Positions 1-11,815 of a stretch of DNA of 64,000 nt are shown here, piece by piece (within the stretch, counting starts at the first letter, position 1; each line of letters opens with the position of its first letter). The notes under the pieces were generated by a model that was not told the DNA's origin, made no database searches, and was given only the letters and a program-made list of their open reading frames with translations. The translations under genes and the position numbers were made by a program. Location: positions 1,349,171 to 1,413,170 of the forward strand of contig CAVVAH010000004.1 in assembly GCA_963746175.1 (NCBI GenBank), written 5' to 3'. The DNA is from an uncultured Actinomycetota bacterium. GTDB lineage: Bacteria; Actinomycetota; Actinomycetes; JACCUZ01.

Positions 1-159
1 CGTGGCGGCGTTCTTCACGTCGACCTTGATCTCGGCCTTGGCCAGGGCGATCTCGCTGTGCACCAGCGCCGACAGGTCGCGGCTGGCGTTGGCGAAGAGC
101 ATGCCGAGGGTCTCCTCGGGCTGCGTGCCCGGCGCGCGGGGGTGGCTGGTGTCCGTCAT
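1..159 (-). CDS. phage holin family / DUF1469-like small membrane protein, N-terminal part only (gene runs off the window start)
   Basis: Reverse complement of 1-159 reads MTDTSHPRAPGTQPEETLGMLFANASRDLSALVHSEIALAKAEIKVDVKNAAT from an ATG at 157-159. This resembles the conserved N-terminus of actinobacterial putative holin-X proteins. Only ~53 aa are visible. Confidence 0.4.
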   Translation of the reverse strand, partial: MTDTSHPRAPGTQPEETLGMLFANASRDLSALVHSEIALAKAEIKVDVKNAAT

Positions 160-210
160 GGCGCCCATCCTGCCCCGAGATCCGTCGACGATGCGCGGCG
201 GACGGGGGAC

Positions 211-1098
211 TCAGCGGGGGTCGAGGTCCGGGAGCACCTCGGCCGCTACCCGTTCGAGGACGGCCAGGTCGCCGGCGTACACGCCCTCGGGCCGCGGCCG
301 GTGCACCACCACCTCGTCGAAGCCCAGCTCCCCGGCCCGGCCGAGAACGTCACGCAGGTGCTCGACCGAGTCCAGCCCGAAGGCGCCGGACGAGTCGACG
401 CTGAGGTAGCGCTCGACCTCGCTCGGGTCGCGGCCCTCGGCCCGCAACGTGTCGTCGAGCCGCTCGCACGCGCCGGGCAGGGCTGCCCACCACGCCTGCT
501 CGCCGGCGTCCGACGGGGTGGCGCCGGTGGTGACCCACGCCTGGCCGTGCCGTGCCACGACGCGCATCGCCCGCGGCCCGTTGGCCGCCACCACGAACGG
601 CAGCCGCGGCTGCTGCACGCAGCCGGGCACCATCCGGGCCCCGTGCGCGGTGAACCACTCGCCGTCGTACGTCGTGCTCGGTGCCGTGAGCAGCCGGTCC
701 AGGAGGGCGACGAACTCGCCGAACCGGTCGACCCGCTGCCGAGGGCTCAGGTCCTCGGGACCGAGGACGGTGGCGTCGAATCCCGTGCCGCCGGCACCGA
801 CGCCGAGCTGGAACCGGCCACCGGACAGGTCGTCGAGCGTCATCAGCTCCTTGGCGAACGGCACCGGGTGCCGGAAGTTGGGGGACGCGACGAACGTGCC
901 GAGCCGGATCGTCCTGGTGGCCAGCGCCGCGGCGGCGAGCACCGGAACGGTCGCGAACCACGGCCCGTCGGCGAGCGACCGCCAGGCGAGGTGGTCGTAG
1001 GTCCAGGCCGAGTGGAAGCCCCAGGTGTCCAGCTGCTGCCACTGCTCGCGGGCGTCGGCCCAGCGCTCCTCGGGCAGGACGACGACACCGAGGCGCAT
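211..1098 (-). CDS. LLM-class (luciferase-like) flavin/F420-dependent oxidoreductase
   Basis: 295-aa ORF. Content is typical of the luciferase-like monooxygenase TIM-barrel family (GTFVASPNFRHPVPFAKELMTLDDLSGGRFQLGVGAGG). ATG at 1096-1098. Confidence 0.75.
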   Translation of the reverse strand: MRLGVVVLPEERWADAREQWQQLDTWGFHSAWTYDHLAWRSLADGPWFATVPVLAAAALATRTIRLGTFVASPNFRHPVPFAKELMTLDDLSGGRFQLGVGAGGTGFDATVLGPEDLSPRQRVDRFGEFVALLDRLLTAPSTTYDGEWFTAHGARMVPGCVQQPRLPFVVAANGPRAMRVVARHGQAWVTTGATPSDAGEQAWWAALPGACERLDDTLRAEGRDPSEVERYLSVDSSGAFGLDSVEHLRDVLGRAGELGFDEVVVHRPRPEGVYAGDLAVLERVAAEVLPDLDPR

Positions 1099-1175
1099 CC
1101 CGCGAGACTAGGCGCGGGTCCGATGAGTTCTGCGCGGCGGGCTGGTCTGACAGGGCAACGGAGAGGACACCTGAC

Positions 1176-1769
1176 ATGACTGTGAACGCGACCATCACCC
1201 AGTCCGTCGACGGCTACATCGCCGGCCCGGACGACGGCCCGGCTGCCGGCCTCGGGATCGGCGGCGAGCGGCTGCACTACTGGGTGTTCGGCGGCCCCTG
1301 GTCGTACGACGACCACGAGTTCTCCGAGGCCACCGGCGAGGACAAGGCGTTCCTGGACGAGGCGATGGCGCGGGGCGGCGCCAGCGTCTGCGGCCGATGG
1401 ATGTACGAGGCGGCCGGCCACTGGGGCGACCAGAACCCGTGGGGCGTCCCGACGTTCGTCGTGACCCATCGCCCGGAGGAGCAGCCCGAGGGCGGCGCGT
1501 TCACCTTCGTCGACGGCGTCGAGAAGGCCGTCGCCATGGCAGTCGACGCCGCCGGCGACAAGGACGTCAGCATCGCGGGCGGTGCCGACGTCATCCGGCA
1601 GGCGCTCGCGGCCGGCCTGGTCGACGAGCTCACGATCATCACGGCACCGCTCGTGCTCGGCGGCGGGAAGCGGCTCTTCGACGGGTTCACCCAGGACGTC
1701 GAGCTCGAGCACACCGGCCTCCGCCAGTCGCCGTACGCCACCTTCGTCACCTACCGCGTCAAGCGCTGA
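1176..1769 (+). CDS. dihydrofolate reductase family protein (RibD C-terminal domain type)
   Basis: 197-aa ORF with a YIAGPDDGP...WVFGG N-terminus and a C-terminal GGG...LFDG motif typical of bacterial DHFR-like/RibD_C proteins. ATG at 1176 follows GAGAGGA. Confidence 0.7.
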   Translation: MTVNATITQSVDGYIAGPDDGPAAGLGIGGERLHYWVFGGPWSYDDHEFSEATGEDKAFLDEAMARGGASVCGRWMYEAAGHWGDQNPWGVPTFVVTHRPEEQPEGGAFTFVDGVEKAVAMAVDAAGDKDVSIAGGADVIRQALAAGLVDELTIITAPLVLGGGKRLFDGFTQDVELEHTGLRQSPYATFVTYRVKR

Positions 1770-1899
1770 CCTTCCGCCCGTCCGACCCGGGGTGGCTCGT
1801 TGCGGCGCGAACCGGTAGTCGTGACGTTGTGCTCTGTCGGAGCGTGACCAGCGCTCACCAACATGGGTAGACATTTTCGGCCAACCAGAGGAAGCAGCC

Positions 1900-2955
1900 A
1901 TGAAGGCCCTCGTCTACCACGGTCCCGGCAACACGAGCTGGGACGACGTCCCCGACCCCGTCCTCGTCCACGCCACCGATGCCATCGTCCGAGTCGACAC
2001 CACCACGATCTGCGGGACGGACCTGCACATCCTCAAGGGAGACGTGCCCGCGGTCACTGAGGGCACCATCCTGGGTCACGAGGGCGTCGGCACCGTCGTG
2101 GACGTGGGCTCGTCGGTGAGCAACTTCGCCGTCGGAGACCACGTGATCATCTCCTGCGTGAGCTCGTGCGGCGTCTGCACCTACTGCCGCAGCGGCAACC
2201 CGTCGCACTGCCTCGCCGAGGAAGGCGCCTCGGGCATCGGCTGGATCCTCGGCCACCTGATCGACGGCACCCAGGCCGACCTGGTGCGGATCCCGTTCGC
2301 GGACACGTCCCTCTACCGCGTGCCGGACGGCGTGGCCGACGAGTCGGCGCTGCTGCTCTCGGACATCCTGCCGACGGGGTTCGAGATCGGTGTCCAGTAC
2401 GGGCGGGTCAAGCCCGGGGACACCGTCGCGGTCGTCGGCACCGGACCGGTGGGACTGGCCGTCGTCGCCACCGCCGGTCTCTACGGCGCGGCACAGATCG
2501 TCGCGATCGACCTCGACGAGAACCGGCTGGACGTCTCCAAGCAGCTGGGGGCCACGCACACCGTGAACTCCGGAGCTGCCGACTGGCGGGAGCAGGTCCT
2601 CGCCCTGACCGACGGTTACGGCGTCGATGTGGCGGTCGAGGCCGTCGGCGTGCCCGCGACGTTCGACATGTGCACCCAGCTGGTGCGCCCTGGCGGCAAT
2701 GTCGCCAACGTCGGCGTCCACGGCGCTCCGGTGCAGCTGGCGCTGCAGGACCTCTGGATCAAGAACATCAACATCAGCATGGGGCTGGTCAACACCACGT
2801 CGCTCGCGATGCTGCTGAAGCTCGTCACCCAGCAGAAGCTGCCGGTCCACGACTTCGTGACCCACACCTTCACCTTCGACGACATGACCGCCGCCTACGA
2901 GACGTTCGGCAACGCTGCGCACACCCGGGCGCTCAAGGTGATGATCGGCCGCTGA
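1900..2955 (+). CDS. zinc-dependent alcohol dehydrogenase (MDR superfamily)
   Basis: 351 aa. Catalytic zinc motif GHEGVG, structural zinc Cys cluster CVSSCGVCTYCRSGNPSHC, and Rossmann VVGTGPVGL. RBS GAGGAAG lies 6 nt upstream. Confidence 0.85.
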   Translation: MKALVYHGPGNTSWDDVPDPVLVHATDAIVRVDTTTICGTDLHILKGDVPAVTEGTILGHEGVGTVVDVGSSVSNFAVGDHVIISCVSSCGVCTYCRSGNPSHCLAEEGASGIGWILGHLIDGTQADLVRIPFADTSLYRVPDGVADESALLLSDILPTGFEIGVQYGRVKPGDTVAVVGTGPVGLAVVATAGLYGAAQIVAIDLDENRLDVSKQLGATHTVNSGAADWREQVLALTDGYGVDVAVEAVGVPATFDMCTQLVRPGGNVANVGVHGAPVQLALQDLWIKNINISMGLVNTTSLAMLLKLVTQQKLPVHDFVTHTFTFDDMTAAYETFGNAAHTRALKVMIGR

Positions 2956-3223
2956 CGGCCGGCCCGCGTCCTGTCCCCTCGTCGCCGTCCGGGCAGCCCG
3001 GTCCCTGGTCTTCACAGGGTGGGCTGCCCGATCGTCGTGAGGTGGCAGCTGACGCCGAGGCCGACGTCGTCGTGCCGCGCCGGGCTTCCTGCAGTGGGGG
3101 GTCCTGGGAGACGTCGGGACGATCAGGGTCGTAGGGCCCCTCCTGCTGTGACCTCGGCCGGTGTCACACGGTCGCGGACCACCCGACGATGGGACTACAT
3201 CAACAACGAAGGACGTGGTTCAA

Positions 3224-3922
3224 GTGACCAAGCGACTGCAGACCCTCGGCGTCGTGCTTGCGGTGATCGGTCTCGGTTTCTTGGCCGGTGCCGGTGTGGC
3301 CTACGCCAAGGTGCAGGCCGGATACGCCTCCCTTCACGCCCTCAGCGCGGCGCAGAACGTCGAGCTGACGTACAACGCCGACGGCCAGCTCGCCGACGAC
3401 ACCGGTTCGACGAAGGAAGCGACGGCGATCATGTCGCTGCTGAAGGATGACTGGAAGTACCCGGTCGTCTCGTCCGACCTCGACCCGAACGACCCGGTGG
3501 TCAACACCGCCTCTGAGTACATGTACCAGATGGCCACGATCACCTACCACACCATCACCCGCCCGCAGACGGTTGTCCTCCCCGAGGACGTCACGGCTGA
3601 CAACGGCAAGGTCTTCAAGGCCGGCAGCTACGACTTCAACCCGAACGGCAAGTACTGGACGGGCTACGACCGCTCGAACCCGATCGAGGCCATCGCTCGC
3701 GACCAGGCATGGTCGGGCACTGCACACGGTCTGATCGCCGAGCTCGGTGTGGGCACAGTGACCCACTCCGCGCTCCAGCTGGGCCTGGCGCTGGCCGCGA
3801 TCCTGGCCGGTCTCGGACTCACGATCATCCTCGCCGGTCTGGGTCTCGTCTGGGCCGGGAGGGCGCCTGCACAGATCAAGGCGCCGATCGCCGAGCGCAC
3901 CGCGGAGCCGGTCCTCGTCTGA
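3224..3922 (+). CDS. hypothetical membrane-anchored protein (N- and C-terminal TM helices); start uncertain (ORF opens at 3161, GTG at 3224 follows AGGACG)
   Basis: Contains VTKRLQTLGVVLAVIGLGFLAGAGVAYA, a ~170-aa soluble domain, and C-terminal hydrophobic repeats LALAAILAGLGLTIILAGLGLVWAG. GC looks lower than in neighbouring genes. Confidence 0.5.
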   Translation: MTKRLQTLGVVLAVIGLGFLAGAGVAYAKVQAGYASLHALSAAQNVELTYNADGQLADDTGSTKEATAIMSLLKDDWKYPVVSSDLDPNDPVVNTASEYMYQMATITYHTITRPQTVVLPEDVTADNGKVFKAGSYDFNPNGKYWTGYDRSNPIEAIARDQAWSGTAHGLIAELGVGTVTHSALQLGLALAAILAGLGLTIILAGLGLVWAGRAPAQIKAPIAERTAEPVLV

Positions 3923-4006
3923 CAGCACAGTGGTGAGAGATGGGGCGGCCTACAGGTCGCCCCATCTGCACGTGGTCACAGTGGCCGCTGCCGGACAGCC
4001 GTGCGC

Positions 4007-6010
<2,004 letters not shown>

Positions 6011-6165
6011 GGGCTGGCTCCTTCGCAGTGTCCGTCACGCACGGTCCGGCCGACTCGTCATTCCTACCCCACGGGTAGCGGGATCCGGGAGGGGTGGTGC
6101 GACCGGCACCGCCCGGCCGGAGCGGGGGCTCCGACCGGGCGGTGGGCCACGAACGAGACGGCCGG

Positions 6166-7803
6166 TCAGTGCACCAGGGCCTTCTCCGATCCGGCGCCGG
6201 TGAGCGACCGGACCTCCATCTCGGCGTACTTCTCCTCGTAGTGGTCCTTGCTCGTCACGGTCCCGAGCCAGCCGAGGAAGAACGCCAGCGGGATCGACAC
6301 GATGCCGGGGTTGTCGAGCGGGAACCAGTGGAAGTCGACCGACGTGTCCTTGATCATCGACAGGCTGTCGGTCGTCCCTGGCGCCGCCGGCTTCCCGGAC
6401 ACGACGGGGGAGAACACGATCAGCGTCACGCAGCTGATCAGCCCGCCGTACATGCTCCAGAGGGCGCCCCTCGTGTTGAACCGCCGCCAGTACAGGGAGT
6501 ACAGGATCGTCGGCAGGTTCGCCGACGCGGCCACGGCGAAGGCCAGCGCCACCAGGAAGGCGATGTTCTGCCCGATGGCGAGGATGCCGCCCAGGATCGA
6601 CACGATGCCGATGACGACGGCGGTGATCCGCGCGACCCTCACCTCCGAGCCCTCGGCCGTCTCGGCGCCGGAGTGGATGACGTTGGCATAGATGTCGTGC
6701 GCGAACGACGCCGACGCCGTGATGGTCAGGCCGGCGACCACAGCGAGGATCGTCGCGAACGCCACCGCGGCGATGATGCCGAGCAGGAACGTGCCACCCA
6801 GCTCGTACGCCAGCAGCGGTGCGGCGGAGTTGCCCTTGCCGGGTGCGGCCGCGATCGTCTCCGGTCCCACCAGTGCCGCGGCGCCGTAGCCGAGGACGAG
6901 GGTGAAGAGGTAGAAGATGCCGATCAGCCAGATCGCCCAGACCACCGAGCGGCGGGCCTCCTTCGCGGTCGGCACCGTGTAGAAGCGCATCAGGACGTGC
7001 GGCAGGCCCGCGGTGCCGAACACCAGCGCCATCGACAGCGAGATGAAGTCCAGCTTGGTGGTGCCGGTCAGGCCGTACTGCTTGCCAGGGCTGATCAGCG
7101 CCTCGCCGGACTCGCCACCCTTCTCGACGGCGTCGCCGAGCAGCGACGACAGGTTGAGGCCGTACTTGCCCATCACCCAGGCGGTCATGATGAATGCGCC
7201 GGTGATGAGCAGCGCGGCCTTGACGATCTGCACCCACGTGGTGCCCTTCATGCCGCCGACGAGCACGTAGATGATCATGATGATGCCGACCACCGCGATG
7301 GTGGCGCGCTGGCCGTTCTCGCCCTCGACGCCGAGCAGCAGCGCGACGAGCCCGCCGGCACCGGCCATCTGAGCGACGAGGTAGAAGAACGACACGGCGA
7401 GGGTGGTGATCGCGGCGGCGGTCCGGACCGGCTTCTGCCGCATCCGGAACGACAGGACGTCGGCCATCGTGAACTTGCCGGTGTTGCGCAGCAGCTCGGC
7501 CACGAGCAGCAGGGCGACCAGCCACGCGACGAGGAAGCCGATCGAGTACAGGAAGCCGTCGTACCCGTTGAGCGCGATGGCGCCGGCGATCCCGAGGAAC
7601 GACGCCGCCGACAGGTAGTCGCCGGAGATGGCGATGCCGTTCTGCGGACCGGTGAAGCTGCGCCCCGCGGCGTAGTAGTCCGAGGCGGTCCGGTTGTTGC
7701 GGGCCGCGCGCGCCACGATGACGAGGGTCACCGCGACGAAGATCAGGAAGATGGTGATGTTGACCGCGGGCTCGCCCACGGTGTCGGCAGCGATGTTCCT
7801 CAT
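6166..7803 (-). CDS. actP: cation/acetate symporter ActP (sodium:solute symporter family)
   Basis: 545 aa from the ATG at 7801-7803, multi-TM, with SSF hallmarks (SGDYLSAASFLGIAG, GLPHVLMRFYTV). The start overlaps the stop of the upstream DUF485 gene (ATGA), as in the yjcH-actP arrangement. Confidence 0.9.
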   Translation of the reverse strand: MRNIAADTVGEPAVNITIFLIFVAVTLVIVARAARNNRTASDYYAAGRSFTGPQNGIAISGDYLSAASFLGIAGAIALNGYDGFLYSIGFLVAWLVALLLVAELLRNTGKFTMADVLSFRMRQKPVRTAAAITTLAVSFFYLVAQMAGAGGLVALLLGVEGENGQRATIAVVGIIMIIYVLVGGMKGTTWVQIVKAALLITGAFIMTAWVMGKYGLNLSSLLGDAVEKGGESGEALISPGKQYGLTGTTKLDFISLSMALVFGTAGLPHVLMRFYTVPTAKEARRSVVWAIWLIGIFYLFTLVLGYGAAALVGPETIAAAPGKGNSAAPLLAYELGGTFLLGIIAAVAFATILAVVAGLTITASASFAHDIYANVIHSGAETAEGSEVRVARITAVVIGIVSILGGILAIGQNIAFLVALAFAVAASANLPTILYSLYWRRFNTRGALWSMYGGLISCVTLIVFSPVVSGKPAAPGTTDSLSMIKDTSVDFHWFPLDNPGIVSIPLAFFLGWLGTVTSKDHYEEKYAEMEVRSLTGAGSEKALVH

Positions 7804-8143
7804 CGGGCCCGCCCCTCGAGGTCCTCGCGGATCTCCTCCGCGACCGGGTCGAGGTGCCTGTTGGCGTACCGCACGTAGACCGTCGTGATGACGAACGTGG
7901 ACACGAACTGCAGCAGGCCGAACACGAGCCCCACGGTGATGTTGCCCCACAGCTTGTGGGCCATGAAGTCGTGCGCGTAGTCGGCCAGCAGGACGTAGAG
8001 GAAGTACCAGGCGAGGAACGCGATGGCGAGCGGGAAGGCGATGCTGCGGTGCCGACGTCGGAGCTCCTGGAACTTCTCGGACTGCTGGACCTCGACGTAG
8101 GCGCTGCTGCTCACCGCGGACGGGCCGGGCCCGCCGTCGACGG
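7800..8143 (-). CDS. DUF485 (YjcH-like) small inner-membrane protein coupled to ActP
   Basis: EKFQELRRRHRSIAFPLAIAFLAWYFLYVLLADYAHDFMAHKLWGNITVGLVFGLLQFVSTFVITTVY matches the two-TM DUF485 family. GTG start at 8141-8143 with GGAGG 7 nt upstream. Translationally coupled to actP. Confidence 0.7.
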
Positions 8144-8345
8144 AGCTGCTCACAGGTGACCTCCGGTGCTGGGCCGCGCCGGCGCGCGGCGTTCGGCCGC
8201 ACTGTCCCGAGCGAAGGACTCCCAGGTGAAGGGACATCGGGGACTTATGCGGCGAACGGTCGTCCTGCGCGACGAGCGGCCGTCCGCCGACCGCTCACCG
8301 CCCGCTCACCGCCCGCTCACCCGCTCGCCGCCGGAGCCCACCCGA

Positions 8346-8402
8346 CCCGTGATCATGAAGACTTCTCCGGGATAGAGGCCCGACGAACCTTCATGATCAC
8401 GG
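8346..8402. terminator. perfect 15-bp inverted repeat (CCCGTGATCATGAAG / CTTCATGATCACGGG) with a 27-nt loop, overlapping the 3' end of the MFS gene
   Basis: The inverted repeat is seen directly in the sequence. It lies between the MFS stop (8397-8399) and the DUF485-actP unit. No U-tract follows it. Confidence 0.35.
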
Positions 8403-9641
8403 GGCGCGGTGCGCCGGGGCGGGGGCCGATGCCTCGGCGGCGGCGATGGCGGACGGCGGCAGCCAGCGCAGCGCGGCGACGGTGCAGCCGGCCAGCAGCA
8501 CGCCGGCCACCGTGAACGGCGACGCGAGCCCGTAGGCCCGGGCCAGCAGGCCGCCGAGCGCGGCGCCGACCGGCATGGCCGCGAAGGCGACCAGCCGGTA
8601 CGCGCTGGTGACCCTGCCGAGCAGGGCGTCGGGGACGATCCGCTGCCGCAGGCTGATGGTCGCGACGTTCCACATGCCGCTGGTGGCGCCGGCCAGCGCC
8701 GAGCCGGCGACCATCACGGGCACCGACGGGGCCAGCCCGGTGGCGAGCATCGCCGCCGCCTGGACCGCCAGCACCAGGACGACCACGCGGCTCGTCCCGA
8801 GCAGCGCCCGGACCCGCGACAACGCGGCCATGCCCGCCAGCCCGCCGACCGCGAACACGACCAGCAGCACGCCGTAGCCGCGCTCGGAGAGGCCGAGGGT
8901 GTCGGTGGCGAAGAGCACCAGGACCCCCATCACCGCCGCGCTGACGCCGTTGAACACGGCGAGCAGCAGGCACAGGGTCCGCAGGACGGTCGAGCCCCAC
9001 AGGAACCGGACGCCCTCGGCCAGGGCGGCTCGCAGTGGTGGCGGTGCCTCGGTCCGGGGCGCGCGCTGCACCCTGGTGCGCAGGCTGAGCACGATCAGAC
9101 CACTCACCAGGAAAGACACCGCATCGACGGTGAACGGCAGCGACACGGCCGCGACGAACAGCACGCCACCGAGGGGCGGCCCGATCATCGTGCTCGGCAC
9201 GGTCATTCCGACCTGCAGCCAGGAGTTCGCGGTCTCCAGCCGCTCGCGCCGTACGACGGCGGGGAGGAACGCCGAGGCGGCGTTGAGGTTCATCACGCCG
9301 AAGAGGCCGACGAGGAACGCGAAGGCTGCCAGCAGCGGCAGCGTGACGTAGCCGCCGACGACGGCGACGGCGAACGCGCCGAACAGCACGGAGCGGACCA
9401 GGTCGGTGACCGCCATGATGCGCAGCCGGTCCCAGCGGTCGGCGAGCGCACCGGACACCAGCCCCAGCAGCAGCCACGAGCTGTGCTCCGCGGCCTGCAC
9501 GAGGGCGACCTGCGCCGGGTCGCGGGTCAGCCGCGCGGCGAGCAACGGCAGGGCCACGAAGGTGAGCCCGTCGCCGGCCGCCGAGATGGTCGACGCCGTC
9601 CACAGCCGCCAGAACGGGGCGCCGAGGTCGGGCAGTCTCAT
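8397..9641 (-). CDS. MFS transporter
   Basis: 414 aa from the ATG at 9639-9641, 12 predicted TM segments. MFS-like motif LGLVSGALADRWDRLRIM. The start overlaps the stop of the upstream symporter by 4 bp. Confidence 0.8.
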   Translation of the reverse strand: MRLPDLGAPFWRLWTASTISAAGDGLTFVALPLLAARLTRDPAQVALVQAAEHSSWLLLGLVSGALADRWDRLRIMAVTDLVRSVLFGAFAVAVVGGYVTLPLLAAFAFLVGLFGVMNLNAASAFLPAVVRRERLETANSWLQVGMTVPSTMIGPPLGGVLFVAAVSLPFTVDAVSFLVSGLIVLSLRTRVQRAPRTEAPPPLRAALAEGVRFLWGSTVLRTLCLLLAVFNGVSAAVMGVLVLFATDTLGLSERGYGVLLVVFAVGGLAGMAALSRVRALLGTSRVVVLVLAVQAAAMLATGLAPSVPVMVAGSALAGATSGMWNVATISLRQRIVPDALLGRVTSAYRLVAFAAMPVGAALGGLLARAYGLASPFTVAGVLLAGCTVAALRWLPPSAIAAAEASAPAPAHRAP

Positions 9642-11398
9642 GACTGGCCCTGCCTCGCCGGCCGAGCCCGGTCCCGCAGCTCCACCGACTCGGGTGCGTG
9701 CAGCCGGACCATGGTCCGCGCGACGTCGGGGGCGACCCGGTGCGGAGTGCGCAGCGAGACGAGGACCATCACGGCGAACGCGATCGGCACCGTCCACGCC
9801 GCCGGCTGCGCCAGCAGGGCACCCGCCCACCCGTCGCGGTCGACGCCGAAGATGGTCGCGGAGACGGCGGCCGTGGCGAGGCCGCCGCCGGTGAGCAGCC
9901 CGGCCATCGCGCCGACGTCGGTGAGACCGCGCCACCAGATGCCGAGCACCAGCAACGGGCAGAACGACGACGCCGCCACCGCGAACGCGAGACCGACGAC
10001 GTCAGCGACGTTCAGCGACGCGGCTCCCAACGACAGGACGAACGGCACGGTCACGGCCAGCGTCGCGGCCAACCGGAAGTCGCGCACCGAGCCGCGCAGC
10101 ATGTCCTGCGACAGCACGCCCGCCACCGACACGGTGAGCCCCGACGACGTCGAGAGGAAGGCGGCGAACGCGCCGGCGGTCACCAGCGCGGTGAGCAGCT
10201 GGCCGCCGGTGCCGCCCACCAGCCGTTCCGGCAGCAGCAGGACGGCCGTGTCGGTGCGTCCGGTGAGCAGCAGGTCGGGCGTGTAGACGCGGGCCAGCGC
10301 GCCGTACACGGTCGGGAGCAGGTAGAAGCCGCCGAGCAGGCAGAGCACGACCAGCGTCGTGCGCCGCGCCGCCCGCCCGTCCGGGTTGGTGTAGAAGCGG
10401 ACCAGCACGTGCGGCAGGCCCATCGTCCCGAAGAACAGCGCGAGGATCAGCGAGTACGTCGCGTACAGCGGGTGGTCGCGGCCACCGGCCCCGGACAGCG
10501 GCCGGGACCAGTCCGCACCCTGGCTCGGCGCGAGACCCTCCACGTGCGGCACCACCGCACCGGCCGGGAACGTCAGCCGGCTGCCGTCGGTCGCCCGCCA
10601 GGCGCCCGGCGCGAGCGGGACACGATCACCGTCGTACGTCGTGGCGTCGCCGCCGACCGGGCCGAGCCGTCCGCTGACCCGTACGACGACCGCGTCGCGC
10701 ACCACGAAAGTGGTGTCGTCGGTGAGCCGGACGACGGTGCGGTCCGCGAAGGTCGCGGCGCCGTCGCCAGGGCTCGGCGACCCGTCGGACTGCCACGCCA
10801 GCACGAGGAACAGGACGGGGACGGCCAGCGCCGTGAGCTTCAGCCAGTACTGGAAGGCCTGCACGAAGGTGATGCTGCGCATCCCGCCGGTGGCGACGCT
10901 GAACACGACGACCACCGCGACGAGCATGCCGCCGACCCAGCCCGGCGCGCCGGTCGCGAGGGTCACGGTGAGACCGGCGCCGACCAGCTGCGGCAGCAGG
11001 TAGAGCCAGCCGATGGTGACGACGAGGACGCTCGCGATCCGGCGCACCGATCGCGACTCGGTACGCGCCTCGGCGAAGTCGGGCAGCGTGTACGCGCCGG
11101 ACCGGCGCAGCGGCGCGGCGACCAGCACCAGCAGCACGAGGTAGCCCGCGGTGTAGCCGACCGGGAACCACAGCATGTCCGCGCCGTAGGCGAGGATCAG
11201 CCCCGCGACGCCGAGGAACGACGCCGCCGACAGGTACTCGCCACCGATGGCCGACGCGTTCCACACCGGCGACACCGACCTCGACGCGACGTAGAAGTCG
11301 CTCGTCGTGCGGGACAGCCGCAGGGCGAACGTGCCGATGAGCACCGTCGCCGTGATCACCACCGCGACCGCGACGACCCCGTACGCCGAGCCGTTCAT
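9638..11398 (-). CDS. sodium:solute symporter family transporter (second ActP/MctC-like copy with a large extracytoplasmic insert)
   Basis: 586 aa from the ATG at 11396-11398. SSF motifs present (GGEYLSAASFLGVAG, GLPHVLVRFYTNP). A ~120-aa hydrophilic insert lies between the TM blocks. Confidence 0.8.
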   Translation of the reverse strand: MNGSAYGVVAVAVVITATVLIGTFALRLSRTTSDFYVASRSVSPVWNASAIGGEYLSAASFLGVAGLILAYGADMLWFPVGYTAGYLVLLVLVAAPLRRSGAYTLPDFAEARTESRSVRRIASVLVVTIGWLYLLPQLVGAGLTVTLATGAPGWVGGMLVAVVVVFSVATGGMRSITFVQAFQYWLKLTALAVPVLFLVLAWQSDGSPSPGDGAATFADRTVVRLTDDTTFVVRDAVVVRVSGRLGPVGGDATTYDGDRVPLAPGAWRATDGSRLTFPAGAVVPHVEGLAPSQGADWSRPLSGAGGRDHPLYATYSLILALFFGTMGLPHVLVRFYTNPDGRAARRTTLVVLCLLGGFYLLPTVYGALARVYTPDLLLTGRTDTAVLLLPERLVGGTGGQLLTALVTAGAFAAFLSTSSGLTVSVAGVLSQDMLRGSVRDFRLAATLAVTVPFVLSLGAASLNVADVVGLAFAVAASSFCPLLVLGIWWRGLTDVGAMAGLLTGGGLATAAVSATIFGVDRDGWAGALLAQPAAWTVPIAFAVMVLVSLRTPHRVAPDVARTMVRLHAPESVELRDRARPARQGQS

Positions 11399-11429
11399 GA
11401 CGCCTCCACAGTCATGTCCACCTGGACCC

Positions 11430-11768
11430 TCACTGGACCAGCTCGGAGAAGTCGCGCTCGTTGCGCTCGGCCTGCCGGACGTACAGCCACGCGGCCAGGA
11501 CCAGCGCCGGGTAGACGAGCACGCCCAGCAGCAGCCATGGCAGCGGCAGGCCGAGCAGGTGCACCGAGGCGAGCTCCGGCTGCAGCGCGAGCACCAGCGG
11601 CAGGCCGCCGAGCAGGACGGCGAAGATGAGGCAGACCCCGACGGCGAGCCGCAGCTGCAGCCGGACCAGCGAGCGCATGTAGACGTCGCCGACGATCGTC
11701 TGCTCGTCGATCTCGCGACGTACCGGCCGGTGCGCGGCCGCGCGGGCGGCACTGCTGCGCGGTGACAC
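11430..11768 (-). CDS. DUF485-like two-TM small membrane protein preceding the second symporter
   Basis: About 112 aa from a GTG start. Two hydrophobic helices (LRLAVGVCLIFAVLLGGLPLVLAL; LPLPWLLLGVLVYPALVLAAWLYV). Its position and size mirror the DUF485-actP pair. The start could instead be the internal ATG (MRSLVRLQ). Confidence 0.5.
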   Translation of the reverse strand: MSPRSSAARAAAHRPVRREIDEQTIVGDVYMRSLVRLQLRLAVGVCLIFAVLLGGLPLVLALQPELASVHLLGLPLPWLLLGVLVYPALVLAAWLYVRQAERNERDFSELVQ

Positions 11769-11815
11769 GACCCGCACCCGTCGCGGCGGCTGTGGCGGTG
11801 TCGCGGTCGGCTCGG

